Origin: Yuukianura sp. NJ FZ-2021
Taxonomy: Eukaryota
Reading direction: 5' to 3'
Length of the DNA: 64,000 bases
Assembly: GCA_046563655.1 (NCBI GenBank)
Contig: CM102283.1
Coordinates: 2,418,001-2,482,000, forward strand
Shown: piece after piece, positions 39,501 through 54,500 of the stretch
Position numbering within the stretch: position 1 is the stretch's first letter
Layout of the letters: every line of letters begins with the position of its first letter
Translations under genes and position numbers: made by a program
The notes under the pieces: model-generated
Told to the model about the DNA's origin: nothing
The model's database searches: none
The model's input: the letters and a program-made list of their open reading frames with translations, nothing else

Positions 39501-42500
39501 ATAAACTGACTTTTCCAATACATAAAATTCGGAGCTTTGAAACAAAAACAAAGGGCCCCGTAAATCATCTTTGGAAAAAATCGAAGCACAGAAAGTTGAA
39601 AGGGGGCCCTTAGTTCAGGGCCTCAGCCGCAAACAAGTTTCAATTTTTTGAACTTTGAACACATGAAAAACTTGAGATCTGTTTCTTCTAATGTAAGGCC
39701 AACTGTAAGGGACAGGTGGTAGGCTGGGGGCCCTTATGTTAGTTTCTAAGGTGAAGCCACAATTAGGAGACTTTACAGAGAGGGCCCTTCCAATACGTCT
39801 TAAGATTGAAATCTGTCTAGCAGATGTTTTTCCAAGTAAGCACGCTTAAGGGCCCCTCAGAGCCCTTCAAATTCAAAATTTATCCACCCGTGCTGTTCCT
39901 TTGCTTGGCTTCTGCCATTTAGCATCTGCTCCAAATTCAAACTGTTTCTTTGTGCAGAACGGCTACTGCGTACATCTACAGAAGATTGAGCCTTGAATTC
40001 TCCAAAGACCCTTAACACCTTTGGAGCAACGTTGAACAAAGGGGCCATGGGCCCTTGGTCAATTATCACCTTGTGGAGAGCACGCGGACTAAACGACTAG
40101 GCACGAGCCTTTCGGACATCAAACATACTCATGCTAATCAAAAACACACCGCTTCGTTGGTTTTACAAAGTATCATAAACTAGTTTATATTATTTTTATA
40201 AAATATATATTATATTAGTTTACAAATTAATTTATACTATCTCATTTTTATTGTTTTAGCATTGTAGTGAAAACAATCTTCCCACACATTCCAACACAAG
40301 AATCCAGCAGCATTCCAGAGCAAAAGATTTTCACAAAGATCAAACAAGCACAACAAATATTTCCCAAGTTCAAACGAAAAATGCCGCTCCACTACTTTTC
40401 AACTCCACACGAGTTCGAAGTTCACAAAATTTCAAAAAATTGAAACCAATTTTGAAAATTCGCTCGGAACTGAAAAACGATGCCGCTTTCGCCAAAAATG
40501 AAAAACCAACATAGTAAATTACAAAATCCTAACCTAGCTTTCACCTCAAAAATTTTACTCAATGTTTGCAAAAACACATCGCTTTATCTCGAGTACCGAA
40601 AGTATACTACAAGAAACGCAATTTAATGTAAACATGCACGAACCTGAAAGCTTTGACAATAATCTACACTAAACACGCCACCGTTGACATCAACATCTGT
40701 CCAAAAATTCAAATTTGCACGTCAATTGTCAACCACTTCTAAAATAAAACAAAAACTCGCAAAAACAAAAACATAACCGTGAAAAGACAAAAAAAAACCG
40801 AATTCCAAAAACTACATTTTTTTGTATTCCAATTTTTTTTTTCAAAAACCGAAAAAAACAAAAAACGAATCCCACAAAATCGGGAAATTTCAAAACATAA
40901 AAAGGAAAACGTCAGTCATAAGAATAGTGAAAGTCCAACATGAATCAAAACCTAACAATTGAACTTTAAATTGCACAGACTTATGGTATCTGTAATTTTG
41001 CAATTCCACTCCAATTGAACTCAATTTTACTTTTGAAATCAGACTTTTGAAAGGCGTGAAAATTCCCACCATTGACAAGACAAAAGCAATACACTGAAAC
41101 GTTGCGGCTTCAATTGGCCTAAAAACTGTCCATCCGTCATACAAATCCCATTCAACAAAAAACTAATATTCTTTTACAACTTTCTCCTCCACAGGAGTCA
41201 CAAACAGATTGAAAACTCAAGATTTAATCTCCTTACAATCAAGTTAACAATATTAATACATTATTAACAAATTAATAACACATTAATATACATAACAATA
41301 TTATTAGCATATTCAATTACTCCAATCAGAACTAAAGTCAGTTTCGTTCATTTGACACACTTTCAAAAGTGGCCAATAAACGACGTTTCAAAATCGAAAC
41401 ATTCCGAACAATCACATTTTGCAACCTCGTCAATTTCACATTTCACAAAAGATTTCAAAAATAAATTGCTTCCATTTCAAATCCGTTGCCCATTTGTGTT
41501 TCTTTTTTACCCATGCGTGTCTCAGTCTCAGCATTGCACATGCGTTGTGAAAATAACTCTCACGCATTCTTGCCCAATCTCTAGAATCTGCCAATTAAAT
41601 TACTCATCTAAAAACTTAAAATTATACATCATTATAATAAAACAATTTCGAATTCTGAAGATTTTCTGAGGATTAGTCAACCATCTCATGTTTTCCAGTT
41701 TTTTACATAACTTTTTTGATACAGTTCTTCTAATACTAAGGAACGGAAAGGCAACAAACTGAAAAATCCCAATTTCACACACACACGCAAACGCATCACT
41801 CGAAACAATCTTCCCAACTAAAAACTTCATAATTTTGAATCTAACTTTCAGATCAAAATTTTACTCTAACATGGAATAATCCTAACTAATCCAACTAATA
41901 ATCTGAATCATCAGGAAAAAAAAACAGGAGAAAGTCAACCGCTAAAATTTCAAAATCTTTCTCGAAAAATTCCGGTTTATGCCTCAACCGTGACAATTTC
42001 AAAATGTTTGCGAAAAATTCCGATTTTGGTTTAAATCTCATGTTTAGAGAGTCTACACGAAAACCCGAATATGAAAATGTTGAGAGAATCGAAATTTGAA
42101 AAAAATGAAACTCAAAATTTGAAATTTGCATTTACCCTCTTCGTCTCCATGCGTCCTTGTTCCTGAGCTTGGGTTCCGTTTGAAGTTTCTTGTCACTCTG
42201 ACCTGACCTGCGACATGAGCATGGACACTGTCTTGTAGGCGTTTGAACTAATTCTGCCTGTTTTGGCTTCAACAGTCCCAAAAAGTACTGTCGAGTCCAT
42301 GTCCAGGCAAACCAAAAAATTATGGCTGGAAGCACCAACTGACGAAGCGGAATTCCAAGCAAATCGGCCACGAATCCCATTCCCATCGGATCCACTTTTC
42401 TCACAAAATTTTTGCTTTTCACAACTCGAAATTTCGAAAAATCCAAATCACTGAAGCACACTTTCGAAACACCAAAAGACGAAAGAAAAAAGCCGGTACA

Positions 42501-45500
42501 GAAAAAAGTCCAATTTTATCAGGAAAACTAACAAAAAATTCTGACAGAAACTTTTTTCCTTCGTGCAATTTTTCTTTTGCAAAACCACCTAAACACCAAA
42601 ATTCGTCACTTTGCCGGATATGCGTTGCCAAGTTAACGTGCTACTCACCGTCTTGAACTTGTCACCACACTGTGGTCACCGTGTCTACTGACCAGAAAAC
42701 CTGTAACACGCCCCTCCACCTTCGAAATGGACAAAGTTGACCATGGTAGCGGTCACCACATACTAAAACTTGTCAACAGAAGGTCATGTGCATGGACACT
42801 ACAACTTCCTACCTGCATGTTAGCCACTTCTGATCTAATGATTCCAACAGTAATCTTATCACTCCGATTTACTCTATTACAACCGCAATCTTGTCACTAA
42901 TTGCAAACCACAAGGCGTCACTTAACCTAAAATTAAAAAATAACAACAAATTTACCATTTAGTATTCAATTATAATATTAATTATTATAAACATAATCGT
43001 ACATAAAACTATAAACTAATAAAAGCCAGTCAGAGGTCAGAGGTCAACGACCTGCCGGCTCAATGTCTTATAGGGTTGACGCAATCCATCACTTGGCACA
43101 AAATCGTTTTACAAAATGTAACAACGTAAACAATAAGCAAAATGGTAGATTTTTGCAAATCGTGAGAATTATTTCAGGTTTTTTTTTTTGTTTTGCGAAT
43201 TTCGAGAATTATGTAGATTTTGCAAATTCTGTGAATTGAGATTTGAAATTTAGATTATTAAAGTTTTTCCGGGAAGAATGAAAAAATGTGGGTGGGTGGC
43301 ACTAATCCGCAGAAACGGGTTGATTAATTTGATTAATTGAATCCTGCTTTTGTGCAGATTCAGCGTTGAAACGGGAGGAAGTGTGGCAGTGGGTAAATAA
43401 AGTGGCGGGAGAATAAAACGTTTTGTTTTCACACGAAATTTATTATACAGTTGACTTCATTCCCACCATTATGAATTCAACTGTTCCTGTCACGGTATGA
43501 CTGGCCCAATAACAGTATCATCCTCTCGCGCACTAAACCATAACAATAACAAACAATCAAATTGTAATTTCAAAAATGACACACAGTCGTACAATCGTAC
43601 AAAATGATTTGTACTTTTAGCCAATCAAAATTGAAAATCAAAGTGAAAGTTTAAAATTGGATTGTGTGAGTGAAGCGGCGACTTTCTCTAACTTCACTGC
43701 CATCTACATTTCTCACACGCAATCTCAAAATTCACAATAAGATTGACAGGGTTCTCAAAACTTTAAATGATTTCGAAATTTTGTAAATGAACGTTCAAAA
43801 TTTCGAAAATGTTCAGATAACATCACGAAAACATGCTCACTTTGCTAAACACTTTGACTGTTGGTTCAACACAATTCGAGATTTGGGAACAAAAGAAAGC
43901 TTTTAAAACTTGAATCACGACAAAAGAAGAATTACGAAAAAAAATTGTTGTTTTTTTTTTTCGTACTAACGCCGTTGTTGACTCAAAAATTCTTCATTAA
44001 ATGAATAAGAATTAAATTCCTGTTCAAAAAATAAATAAGATTTTGAAATCCTTATGAAAATAAACAAGAATTAAAATTCTTAAGAGATCTGAGCAATGAA
44101 TTAAAAAATTCTTCAAAGATCAACTTTGTAATGCAACAGAATTAATTTTCAACCGCGTTTACAATGCTCTATTACACTCCATTCAAAAAACACAAAAAAT
44201 TACAAAAAAAAATGAAACGATTAAAAAACTTCTCATAACCTTTTTGTACCTGAGGTCAAAACAAGCAAAAGTTTTACAAAAAAAAATTGCCAGAATTCTC
44301 GCAACCTTTTGTTTTTCCTTATTCGTCTTGCTTTTCTGCTTCTTTTCTAGTTTCAAATGAAAAATTAAAAAATTTTCAATGAAACTTTGTCCTTCTCCTT
44401 TTACAGTTTTTCTAAACCACATCAAAAATTGCAAATCACAATTGCAGTAAATGACAGGCCAAATTAATTGGTTACTGTAAAAATTTATTGCCCAAAAGTT
44501 GCTTCATCCTTGCTCCCAACAATGGCATAATTCCCAACAATGAAAATGAGGCATAGGAAAATATAATTATCCCAAAATAAACTTTACACGCCCTTCGCTC
44601 AATTTACTACACGTCTTCATCTACTAATTATCAATGCACAATCATACATCATGTACAACACAGACTTATGCAACTTTCACGCATGTGACAAAAAAAAACA
44701 CTTAAAGTGTCACACAGTGTCACCAATGTGAGACTTATGGCGTATACTTTCGTTTTTTAGCAATTTACAAATTTGTATGTACTATGTTTGTACACTTTGT
44801 TAGTTTGTACTTTGTTTGCATGTTATAGTTGCACAACAAATTTCAAAATTTTGATTTCAAAATTTTGAAATCAAGTACTGCACAAGTATGCTGTAAACCA
44901 TTATGCACAAGTGAAACATTATGCTTAAATTTTACTTTAGTATATGATTTCCAGAAAAAAAAAACGTTACAGACCAAAAGAAATCGTCTTTTTGAATGAA
45001 AATTTTTGAAAAGCAAAGCGGTAATATAAAAAATTTCGAAATTTTTTAACAAAAAATAATTTAGCCTCTCTGAATTTAATCAATAACCTTGGTTGAGCTG
45101 AGCTTTAAGAAAACTTAAGAAAAAAAAACATTTTCTCAAAGCGGTTTACAACAATTACAAAGCTTAGCCAATAACACTGGTGAGAATTTCAGAAAGAGTC
45201 TCAGGGGCAGCTTAAAATTGTTGCATTTTTTAAAACCTAATTCCCCATTGTTAAAAACACCAAGGATTATCCATTGTTCAAAATTTAAATCAAAAAGAGA
45301 CTAACTAAAGAAAAGTAAAAAGATTAAGTTTCACTCTACTTCCGCTGTTGAAAAAAACTTTAGAAGAAAAAAAAAACAAAGCAAAACTTTTTAGACAAAG
45401 ATGAAGCGGATGCACAGACAGGCGAGGAGCACATAACAATGACTTCCTATTTCTTAAAATTTCTGCACTAATTCCCACTAACTCAAATTCACTCTAGTTA

Positions 45501-48500
45501 AAAACTTTATTCATTCCTAGTCTAAATATTCGCAAATAAAAAAAAAGTGTGCTAATACAGTTTCCCTTTTGCAAATTTTTGCAAACTGCCCCTCTACCCG
45601 TGTCAAATTTTTTGCAAAGTTGCCTTCTGGTTCTCCAAATTTTGCAAATTGCCATTTTAGCCTTCAAAAACATTTTGATTTGAAAATTACACCAAATCAA
45701 ACGAATTTCTTGAACTCGAAAATACTTGTTTTTGTCAAAACCAACAAAAAATTATAAATTCTTTCCTTAAAAATCCAATCAAGACATCAATCACTGTTCG
45801 ACTTGTCAGTGAACACCTTAAAATTTTATACTCTCAATTTTCTGCACACCCAAAAACAAAGCATTTTTTTGAATCGTGACTTTAAATCGTGAATTCAAAA
45901 AAAAAGCTTAGTAAAACTACAGAATTTAAACAAGTTCAAACTTCCGTTGACTTTTGCCGCTTGTTCCTGTCAGTGCACAACGGTGCATATTTTTACAAAA
46001 ACATAATTGCATATTATTGAGATGTAACAACTTTTGAAATTACCGCCTTTTATCCAACGTCTAAAGAGCACAATTTAAAGCTTATGAAAATGATGATGAT
46101 GAAAGTAATAAATTACCACTTTCGCAGAACGTAGGCTCGCGACCGACAAAAGTAGTGAGCATAGGGGTCACTCAGTTGACCCTCATTGTTGTAAACCTCC
46201 CTACGGTGATTTAGAGCCAACACGGCTTCACGGTACTCCAACGTCGACTCCTCCCGTGTTTCAAATATCGACCGAGTAGTCACACGTCGCCCCATCTTTG
46301 ACCTTTGACCTTGATTCCAAAGGTCACGATACTAAACTCTCTACGTTCACAACTCCTGAAGCGATCACAACTTTTTCCAAGGTCACGAAACAGGTCACAA
46401 CTTTCAGAAATGTTTTTACCGCCGTTCACAACTATTCTTCACAACGGTCACGCACGGTCACAATCTCCCAAAAACTGGATTGAGCACTGAACGTTGTCTG
46501 GATCCCATTATGTATTTAAAGTTATCGCTTCCGAACAGTAATTGTTGACCCGTAATGACTTTTTAACGGTAGTTCCAGAAGATACAGATCCAATCGTTAC
46601 CGTTACCAACATCACTTTCTACCTCAGCGGGTTAAGTTGTTTCTTCAAACACCAAAACACGAAAACTACTAAAGCTAAAACTTGCACTTCACTTTGCACC
46701 AAAAATTAATTGTTTTCAGCCCAAATTGCCAAGAGCAAAGAAAAGATAGTGATGCGGATGGGGCAGGGCATCATAGGCTTAACATTGCAATTCCATTAAC
46801 AACCTAACTGATCCCCTAATCACCTTGACCTTCCGCATCTTCCCACATTTTTTGCACAAATTTTTGTAAAAACGAACATTTAACAACATGTAAAAAAAAA
46901 ACAATTTGCAATCACTCACCACCTTGGAAAAAACACAATTTACGAACGTAATAGCCCAAGTGATGGCCAATTTTCAAAATTTCTAAAAACCTAATTTGCA
47001 CAACACAAAACACCTTGAAAAGTTACACACCGGAAAACCAATTTTTGACACAAAATTTCGAATCTTATGCGTCCATGTTCAGGAAATTCCAAAATTGTTA
47101 TCGTTTTCTTAGGAAAATTAGTTGAAGTCACACTTTAAGCAAACTTGACACAACAATGATGCACTTCTCTTCTAATGAAAATTCAAAATGAATCATCAAG
47201 GTGTCCTTGCCGCTTTTTTGCCAAATGTATTCACCACTTCACGTGACCTTCAAAAGCAGTCAGAGTGACAAAGTTGGTTGCCTAGTTTCGCAAATTTAAA
47301 ATTTACATTTGAATTTGACACGTCACGAATTTCCACTTGCCAAAATGTCAAATCCACACTCAATCAATTGATAAGTGGATGATGCTTGACATACAAAATT
47401 TGAATTGGACGAGAAGAGGTGAAGACACCTTGGGTGCCATGTAGTGCCAAGCCGTTTTTCAAAATTGAAAAAAAATCGTTTTTTATTGGTTGTAAAATTG
47501 AAAAGTTTTAGCACACGGAAGAAATTGATGACGTTGAGCTAAATTCCAAAAGCCCACAAACCTACGTCTGCGTGGAAACTTTAACTTTGGCGCAACTGAC
47601 ACACTTCCGCCTCCGACCACTTGCCGCAGAACACTACAAACTTTTTAACTTCTTTCAACTCAGCAACAATCACTTCTTAAACCACAACCACAACAATGGA
47701 CGTCGGAATCGTCATGACTTAAAGATTCCGACAAATTCAAAGTTTAAATATCGAACTCCCCGCGGAGATTTTGCAAATGGAGCCGCTAAGCGATTCAGGA
47801 GATTACAGTTAGACTTTTCCCACTTCTTGAACGTTAAAACCTCAATCAAAACAAATTTTAGCAACTCAAAAATCATTTCTGCAACTCAGCAACGATTTCC
47901 GCAACTCCGCTGATTTCTGAAGGTAAACGAGTGGTGCAACTAAAAATGATTTCTGCACTTTAACCGAATTCAGGAAATAAAAACGAACTTGCGCAACTGA
48001 AACTTTCTGCAACTCAAAAATGATTTCCACACTTCAACAAATTTCTGGAACAGAAAACGGATTTTAGCATCTCCGAAAGAATTTGTGTACCTCAAAACCG
48101 TATTAAATCGTTTTGTTTACACTCAACAACAGTAAGTCACCACAAACGATTTCGATTTATTCACAAAGCTGTAGGTTGCACCTTGCATTTTTGTGGCTCA
48201 AAGTCAGCAACCGTGCAACTGCAACTCCATGTCTCTCTCCCCTAACAATCTTGACCAAACTGTGAGAACCAACTCAAAATACTAAAGTACAAGTATGAAC
48301 TACAAAAATAATTGTTACTCAAGAATTCTCAGAGTAACGCATCTACTTAACATGCACTTCCACTTTAGTACTTGGATCCAAGCCAATTCCCCTTCTTTCA
48401 CGGTGCGTAGCTTATGTTGACCAAACGTCAACCCTCTTTTAAAATTGAAGATGTTCAAAGATTAATTAAGAAACGAAGGTAAGATGTTAGCATAAAGCTA

Positions 48501-51500
48501 ACTTCATCTCTCCCAAAGATCTTTCCTTCCATCATGCATTAACACTATGGGATTGTAGGAACTACCATTGTGCAAAGTCAACTTACACAACGAAACACCC
48601 TAATCACAATAGAATCCAAGAAATCAACAATTTCACCCTAAGCTATTCCTGTACTAACCTCAAGTATTTTCAGGACACCAATACTTTACGATCATGTCCA
48701 TTAAAAAGTGCCGAAAGAGAAAAAAAACTTCAAAAGAAAAAAGGAATTCGTTCATAAAGACTTCTTCAATTTTTTTTTCAATCCTGTAACGATTTTTTTG
48801 GTAGGAAATAAAAAGCTCCTCTTGAGCTTCTAGCCAAAACCTAAACTCTAAACTCAAGAAACCACGAACAATTCCCACATTAAATTTCAACTCATCAAAT
48901 TCTTCCCGGTTGGCATCATTTTGAAAAAGTAAAAAAAAAATTATTATACTAATGAGAACGTATCATTCCGGGATTTCATCCCTACCAATAGTTTGTTGAT
49001 TTCAAATTCCGTGACCGTATAGTTACGATCTAAGTTGTTTACACTAAAAATCTTTGACACAGAAACACAAACCCAAAAAAAGTTTAAACACCTGCTGAGC
49101 GTTATAGGTAGATTTCGTCAAGTAGAAATTTTTAGGTATTCCTGACAATTCGTCACCAAGTCAAAAGAGAATTAGGAGTTCGTCACCAAGTCAAAATTTT
49201 AGACATTCATGAGAATTAGGAGTTCGTCCCCAAGTCAAAATTTTAGACATTCATGAGAATTAGGAGTTCGTCACCAAGTCAAAATTTTAGACATTCAAGA
49301 GAATTAGGAGTTCGTCACCAAGTCAAAATTTTAGACATTCATGAGAATTAGGAGTTCGTCGCCAAGTCAAAATTTTAGACATTCATGAGAATTAGGAGTT
49401 CGTCGCCAAGTCAAAATTTTAGACATTCATGAGAATTAGGAGTTCGTCGCCAAGTCAAAATTTTAGACATTCATGAGAATTAGGAGTTCGTCGCCAAGTC
49501 AAAATTTTAGACATTCACGAGAATTAGGAGTTCGTCACCAAGTAAAAATTTTAGACATTGACGAGAATTAGGAGTTCGTCACCAAGTCAAAATTTTAGAC
49601 ATTGACGAGAATTAGGAGTTCGTCACCAAGTAAAAATTTTAGACATCGTCTTGAAATGTTGGTCTCGTGAAAAATTGGCTTGTTCCCTAACTTTTTGACG
49701 TGACCAAATTTTTAAAAATTCACTTGTACACTTACTTTTTGAGGATTTGGAATTTTGAAAAATTCACCTGAAATTCAACTTTTGGATATATTGGCCTTGC
49801 CGAGGATTCATGCGTACTCTACCGTCTTGAAATGTTGGTCTCGGGAAAAATTGACATGTTCTCTAACTTTTTGACGTGACCAAATTTTTAAAAAATTCAC
49901 TTGTACACTTACTTTTTGAGAATTTGGAATTTTGAAAAATTAAGCTGAAATTCAACTTTTGGATATATTTGCCTTGCCGAGGATTCACGCGTACTCTACC
50001 GTCTTGAAATGTTGGACTCGTGAAAAATTGACCTGTTCTCTAACTTTTTGACGTGACCAAATTTTTAAAAATTCACTTGTACACTTACTTTTTGAGGATT
50101 TGGAATTTTGAAAAATTCAGCTGAAATTCAACTTTTGGATATATTGGCCTTGCCGAGGATTCATGCGTACTCTACCGTCTTGAAATGTTGGTCTCGGGAA
50201 AAATTGACATGTTCTCTAACTTTTTGACGTGACCAAATTTTAAAAAATTCACTTGTACACTTACTTTTTGAGAATTTGGAATTTTGAAAAATTAAGCTGA
50301 AATTCAACTTTTGGATATATTTGCCTTGCCGAGGATTCACGCGTACTCTACCGTCTTGAAATGTTGGACTCGTGAAAAATTGACCTGTTCTCTAACTTTT
50401 TGACGTGACCAAATTTTTAAAAATTCACTTGTACACTTACTTTTTGAGGATTTGGAATTTTGAAAAATTCACCTGAAATTCAACTTTTGGATATATTTGC
50501 CTTGCCGAGGATTCACGCGTACTCTACCGTCTTGAAATGTTGGACTCGTGAAAAATTGACCTGTTCTCTAACTTTTTGACGTGACCAAATTTTTAAAAAT
50601 TCACTTGTACACTTACTTTTTGAGGATTTGGAATTTTGAAAAATTCAGCTGAAATTCAACTTTTGGATATATTTGCCTTGCCGAGGATTCACGCGTATTC
50701 TACCGTGTTGAAATGTTGGACTCGTGAAAAATTGACCTGTTCTCTAACTTTTTGACGTGACCAAATTTTTAAAAATTCACTTGTACACTTACTTTTTGAG
50801 GATTTGGAATTTTGAAAAATTCACCTGAAATTCAACTTTTGGATATATTTGCCTTGCCGAGGATTCACGCGTACTCTACCGTCTTGAAATGTTGGTCTCG
50901 TGAAAAATTGACCTGTTCTCTAACTTTTTGACGTGACCAAATTTTTAAAAATTCACTTGTACACTTACTTTTTGAGGATTTGGAATTTTGAAAAATTCAG
51001 CTGAAATTCAACTTTTGGATATATTTGCCTTGCCGAGGATTCACGCGTACTCTACCGTCTTGAAATGTTGGTCTCGTGAAAAATTGACCTGTTCTCTAAC
51101 TTTTTGACGCGACCAAATTTTTAAAAATTCACTTGTACATTTCCTTTCACTTTTTGTCCCAAACCAACTTAAAACTTGTTCTTACACTGTGATACGCGAA
51201 ATTAGCCACAAACAAAAATTAGTTTTGAATATTTCAAATTGAACCCAGCGTTGCAATCTTAAAAACTTCGTTGTTTTCCACTTCAGATGTCTTAACACGA
51301 ATAAAACCAACCAAATTGCGTTCTCTGCATAGTACGTGGGAACACAGGTGGAATGGGTGTGGGGCGAAGCCCCAGCAAGCACGTGTAGCATGATTCTAAA
51401 GATTAAAACAGGCCTCAAAGTTACTTTTCGTCTGCGTTTTTTCATTTTCTTTTTTATAGAACAATTTTCTTTCTGGAGACGTTCAAATTTCGTGCTCCAG

Positions 51501-54500
51501 AGAACCACAACCAACGTCATAAAAACTTCAAATTCAAAATTTAGTTGTTTTCGTGCTCTTCTGGGAAACCATGTGCCTGACAGCATGATCACAGCACAGC
51601 ACCTAACCTAATAAAATTTCAAAACTTCCCGCGTTAACCAAGCTGCGTCTCAACACGGAATACAAATTAGGCTAAATGGATTTTGGGTGGAGATACTTTG
51701 TCTAATTTTTAAAAAAGGTGCATTTTGTTTTCGTTTTCGTAAAAAGCATATTTTCAAACGTGTGTACAAAGATTTCAGTAATCAATCCTGTTTTTTTTTT
51801 TAAATTTCGTTCTGCAAGAACAACCCTCGTGCATAAATTTTAAAAATTGCATCTCACTTCAACATTGCAGTCAAAACGGAAACGGAGCTTAAGTAAACGT
51901 TCCATAACCAAAAAATGTTAAATTCTGAATTCAGTGGGAAATGAACCGCAGCGTGGGGGCGCATGCTCGGCACACTTCCCACCCAGAACCATAAATTAAG
52001 TGTCAAGAAACCAAAAACCATACTTTTGTTCTCCAATATTTCAAATGGATCGATCGAAAAGCTTGAAACAATTTCCCAAAGAAAGCCAGGGTAGGCACCG
52101 AAATTCCTAAAAAAAGGAAACTCCGCAAACAGAAATGTCGAAACACAAAATCAATTTTGTGTTTTTCAAAAGAACGAAATGAAAAGTCGGGAAGGCAGGC
52201 GGAGCGGGGAGCGCCATTTCTAATTCAAGACTATTGACAGTTAATAATAATTTGGATGATGTGGACTACACTGTATTTATGGTCCGTCGACCAATCAAAT
52301 CACTCCGCTCAAATTCCGCTCAGAGTCTCACCTTACCCCAGAAGCTTCCGGGCAGTAAACTTTGGAAAGCCGTCAGGACTGGGTCATGGTCGTGACTAGT
52401 CGAAAACGAAATAAATCAACTTCCCGCTCCGTTTCCTCCAATACAAAAGCCAACCAGGGGACAAATGGAGGAGAACAAAGTCAAAATAGCGCCAAATTCA
52501 AACACAAAAGTACAACAAGTGGCGGTTGGTGGCGCTTTGTGACTTGGAGCCACTTGAAAACTACATGGAACGATATGCCGAGTCACCTTCAATTCAATCC
52601 CCACATTCAAAATGGCTACCGCAAAGTCACTGACTGGAAAGGCTGTCTTTTTAGCCTACTTTTTCTACACAACGAAACCGCAAATATTTTGACTCACGGT
52701 GAGAAACTGGGGCAAACTGCAACAACAATCGTCAAATTTTCATTGAAATTTTCTTCAAAATTCTTAAGTTTTTACATAAAATCAGTGTTCCGTATAAAGC
52801 GCTTTTTTAAAGTCAATTCTTTGCTTTTTGCTGAAAATAGCTGTTTTGCTGTAAATGGAAAACTCCCTGCTTTAAAAGGAATGCTTAGTGGGCATTCCTT
52901 TAAAGTAGGTTACTAAATCCATGTAAACTAAAGAAACTACATAATACCAAAAAGTAAAATTTATCGCAAAAACTTAACTGATTTTTAACTTCTAATACAA
53001 CAAAAAGTAAAAAAAAAACCCACAAGCACTTGCTTCTTTTGCTTTTAAAAGGCAAAAAAAATTATTTGCCTTGAGGCACCGCGGAACAATGTAAAATTTA
53101 TTTTAAAAAAATTCTGAAAGAATTGCTAAGACTTTTTCTGGTTTTCTGAAAGATTTGAAAAAGTCTGTCCTGAACAAAAGTAATTCGATTTCCAATTTCA
53201 AAATTTTGCAACTTTTTTCCACAGGACCAATTGCCTACTACACTTTGAAAAATTGGCGAGAATTTTGGCCATGGTATTCCCTGTATGGCCAACCGTATTT
53301 ATTTGGACTCGGAATTTGCCACACAATTGCCACCGTCGTGCCATGGGTGCCGAGCTGCCTCTATCATCTGTTCATGTGTCACCGCCGCGGGCCACGAGTT
53401 TACAATGCTCTACTAAAATTCGATACCTTCGCAATCTGGATCACCGAATTTTTCGGTAAAACCGTTTGGAAATACTAAATTCAAAATTTTGAAAATGCTT
53501 TCAAAAATTTCCAGGGTCGCTGACTAACTTGGCCGCCACAATGTGGTACTTCCCGGAAGGACTTCAAGGGCTCCTAATGGGAATTTTCAACGTGACGTCA
53601 GTCTATGGACTTGCAAAGTCTGTCAAAGCGAAAAATCCGAAACAACGCGTAATGTGCTTTGCTCCGCTCCTAACTGCCCGAATTCTGTCAATTCTGCTAA
53701 GACTGACCCCATGGGGTGGTGGGGAGCCTGATGTGCTCTATCATGTGATTCTGCAGGTATATTCTCAATTTTTACTCAAAAGTGAAAATTTTCACCAGTG
53801 AAAAGTAAGAACTTTCATAGAAGAGTGCAACGTTTCACTCAAATCTGCCGAAATGCGAAAAAAAAAAATCTCATTTCATAAATGAAAAGCCGCCATTGAC
53901 AAAGAATTGGCTTGATTGAAAAGTGAAAAAATTTTCCCTGAAAACGAAAAGTGAAAACTTTTCTCTGAAAACAAAAAGTGAAAACTTTTCAGTGAAAACT
54001 CTTCCCTCAAAACAGGAAAGTCATAATTTTCGTCACCAGCAAATTTCAAAAATAGTTAAAATTCAGAAATATTTTCACAAAAACCAAAAAGTGAAAACTT
54101 TTGAGTGAAAATTTTTGTCTCAAAAATGAAAAGTCAATGGGAAGTTAAAAATTTTCCTAACCAGCAAATTCCAAAATACTCAAAAATCAAAATTCTTAAA
54201 TGTTTTTTTCCAGGACTTGACGTCAATCGCTGGCGGTTTTATCGGGATTGCTCGAGTGCCTGAAAAGTGGTTTCAAGGCCACTTCGACTACGTTCTCAAC
54301 TCACACAACATTATGCATGTGCTGGTCATTTTTGCAGTTTGGCACATGAATGCTGCTGCAAACGGTGACGTTAAGTGGATCATATTACATTCACAACTAG
54401 CTAAGAGCTCAACCAATTGCACCTACACTTTCCAAAAAATAATTCGAGCTGTGTAAATCTTAACATAAACGTATCGTTAACATAAACAAACACTTCAACG

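Noticed and set aside
42649-42820. Additional minus-strand exon with GTGAG donor
   Set aside because: No in-frame ATG before an upstream stop; cannot be supported as coding.
32300-49100. Numerous 60-110 aa Lys/Phe-rich ORFs in the track
   Set aside because: Typical chance ORFs of A/T-homopolymer-rich intronic DNA, mostly with non-ATG starts.
49149-49646. CRISPR-like regular array
   Set aside because: Units are contiguous and near-identical with no unique spacers; eukaryotic context and no cas genes.
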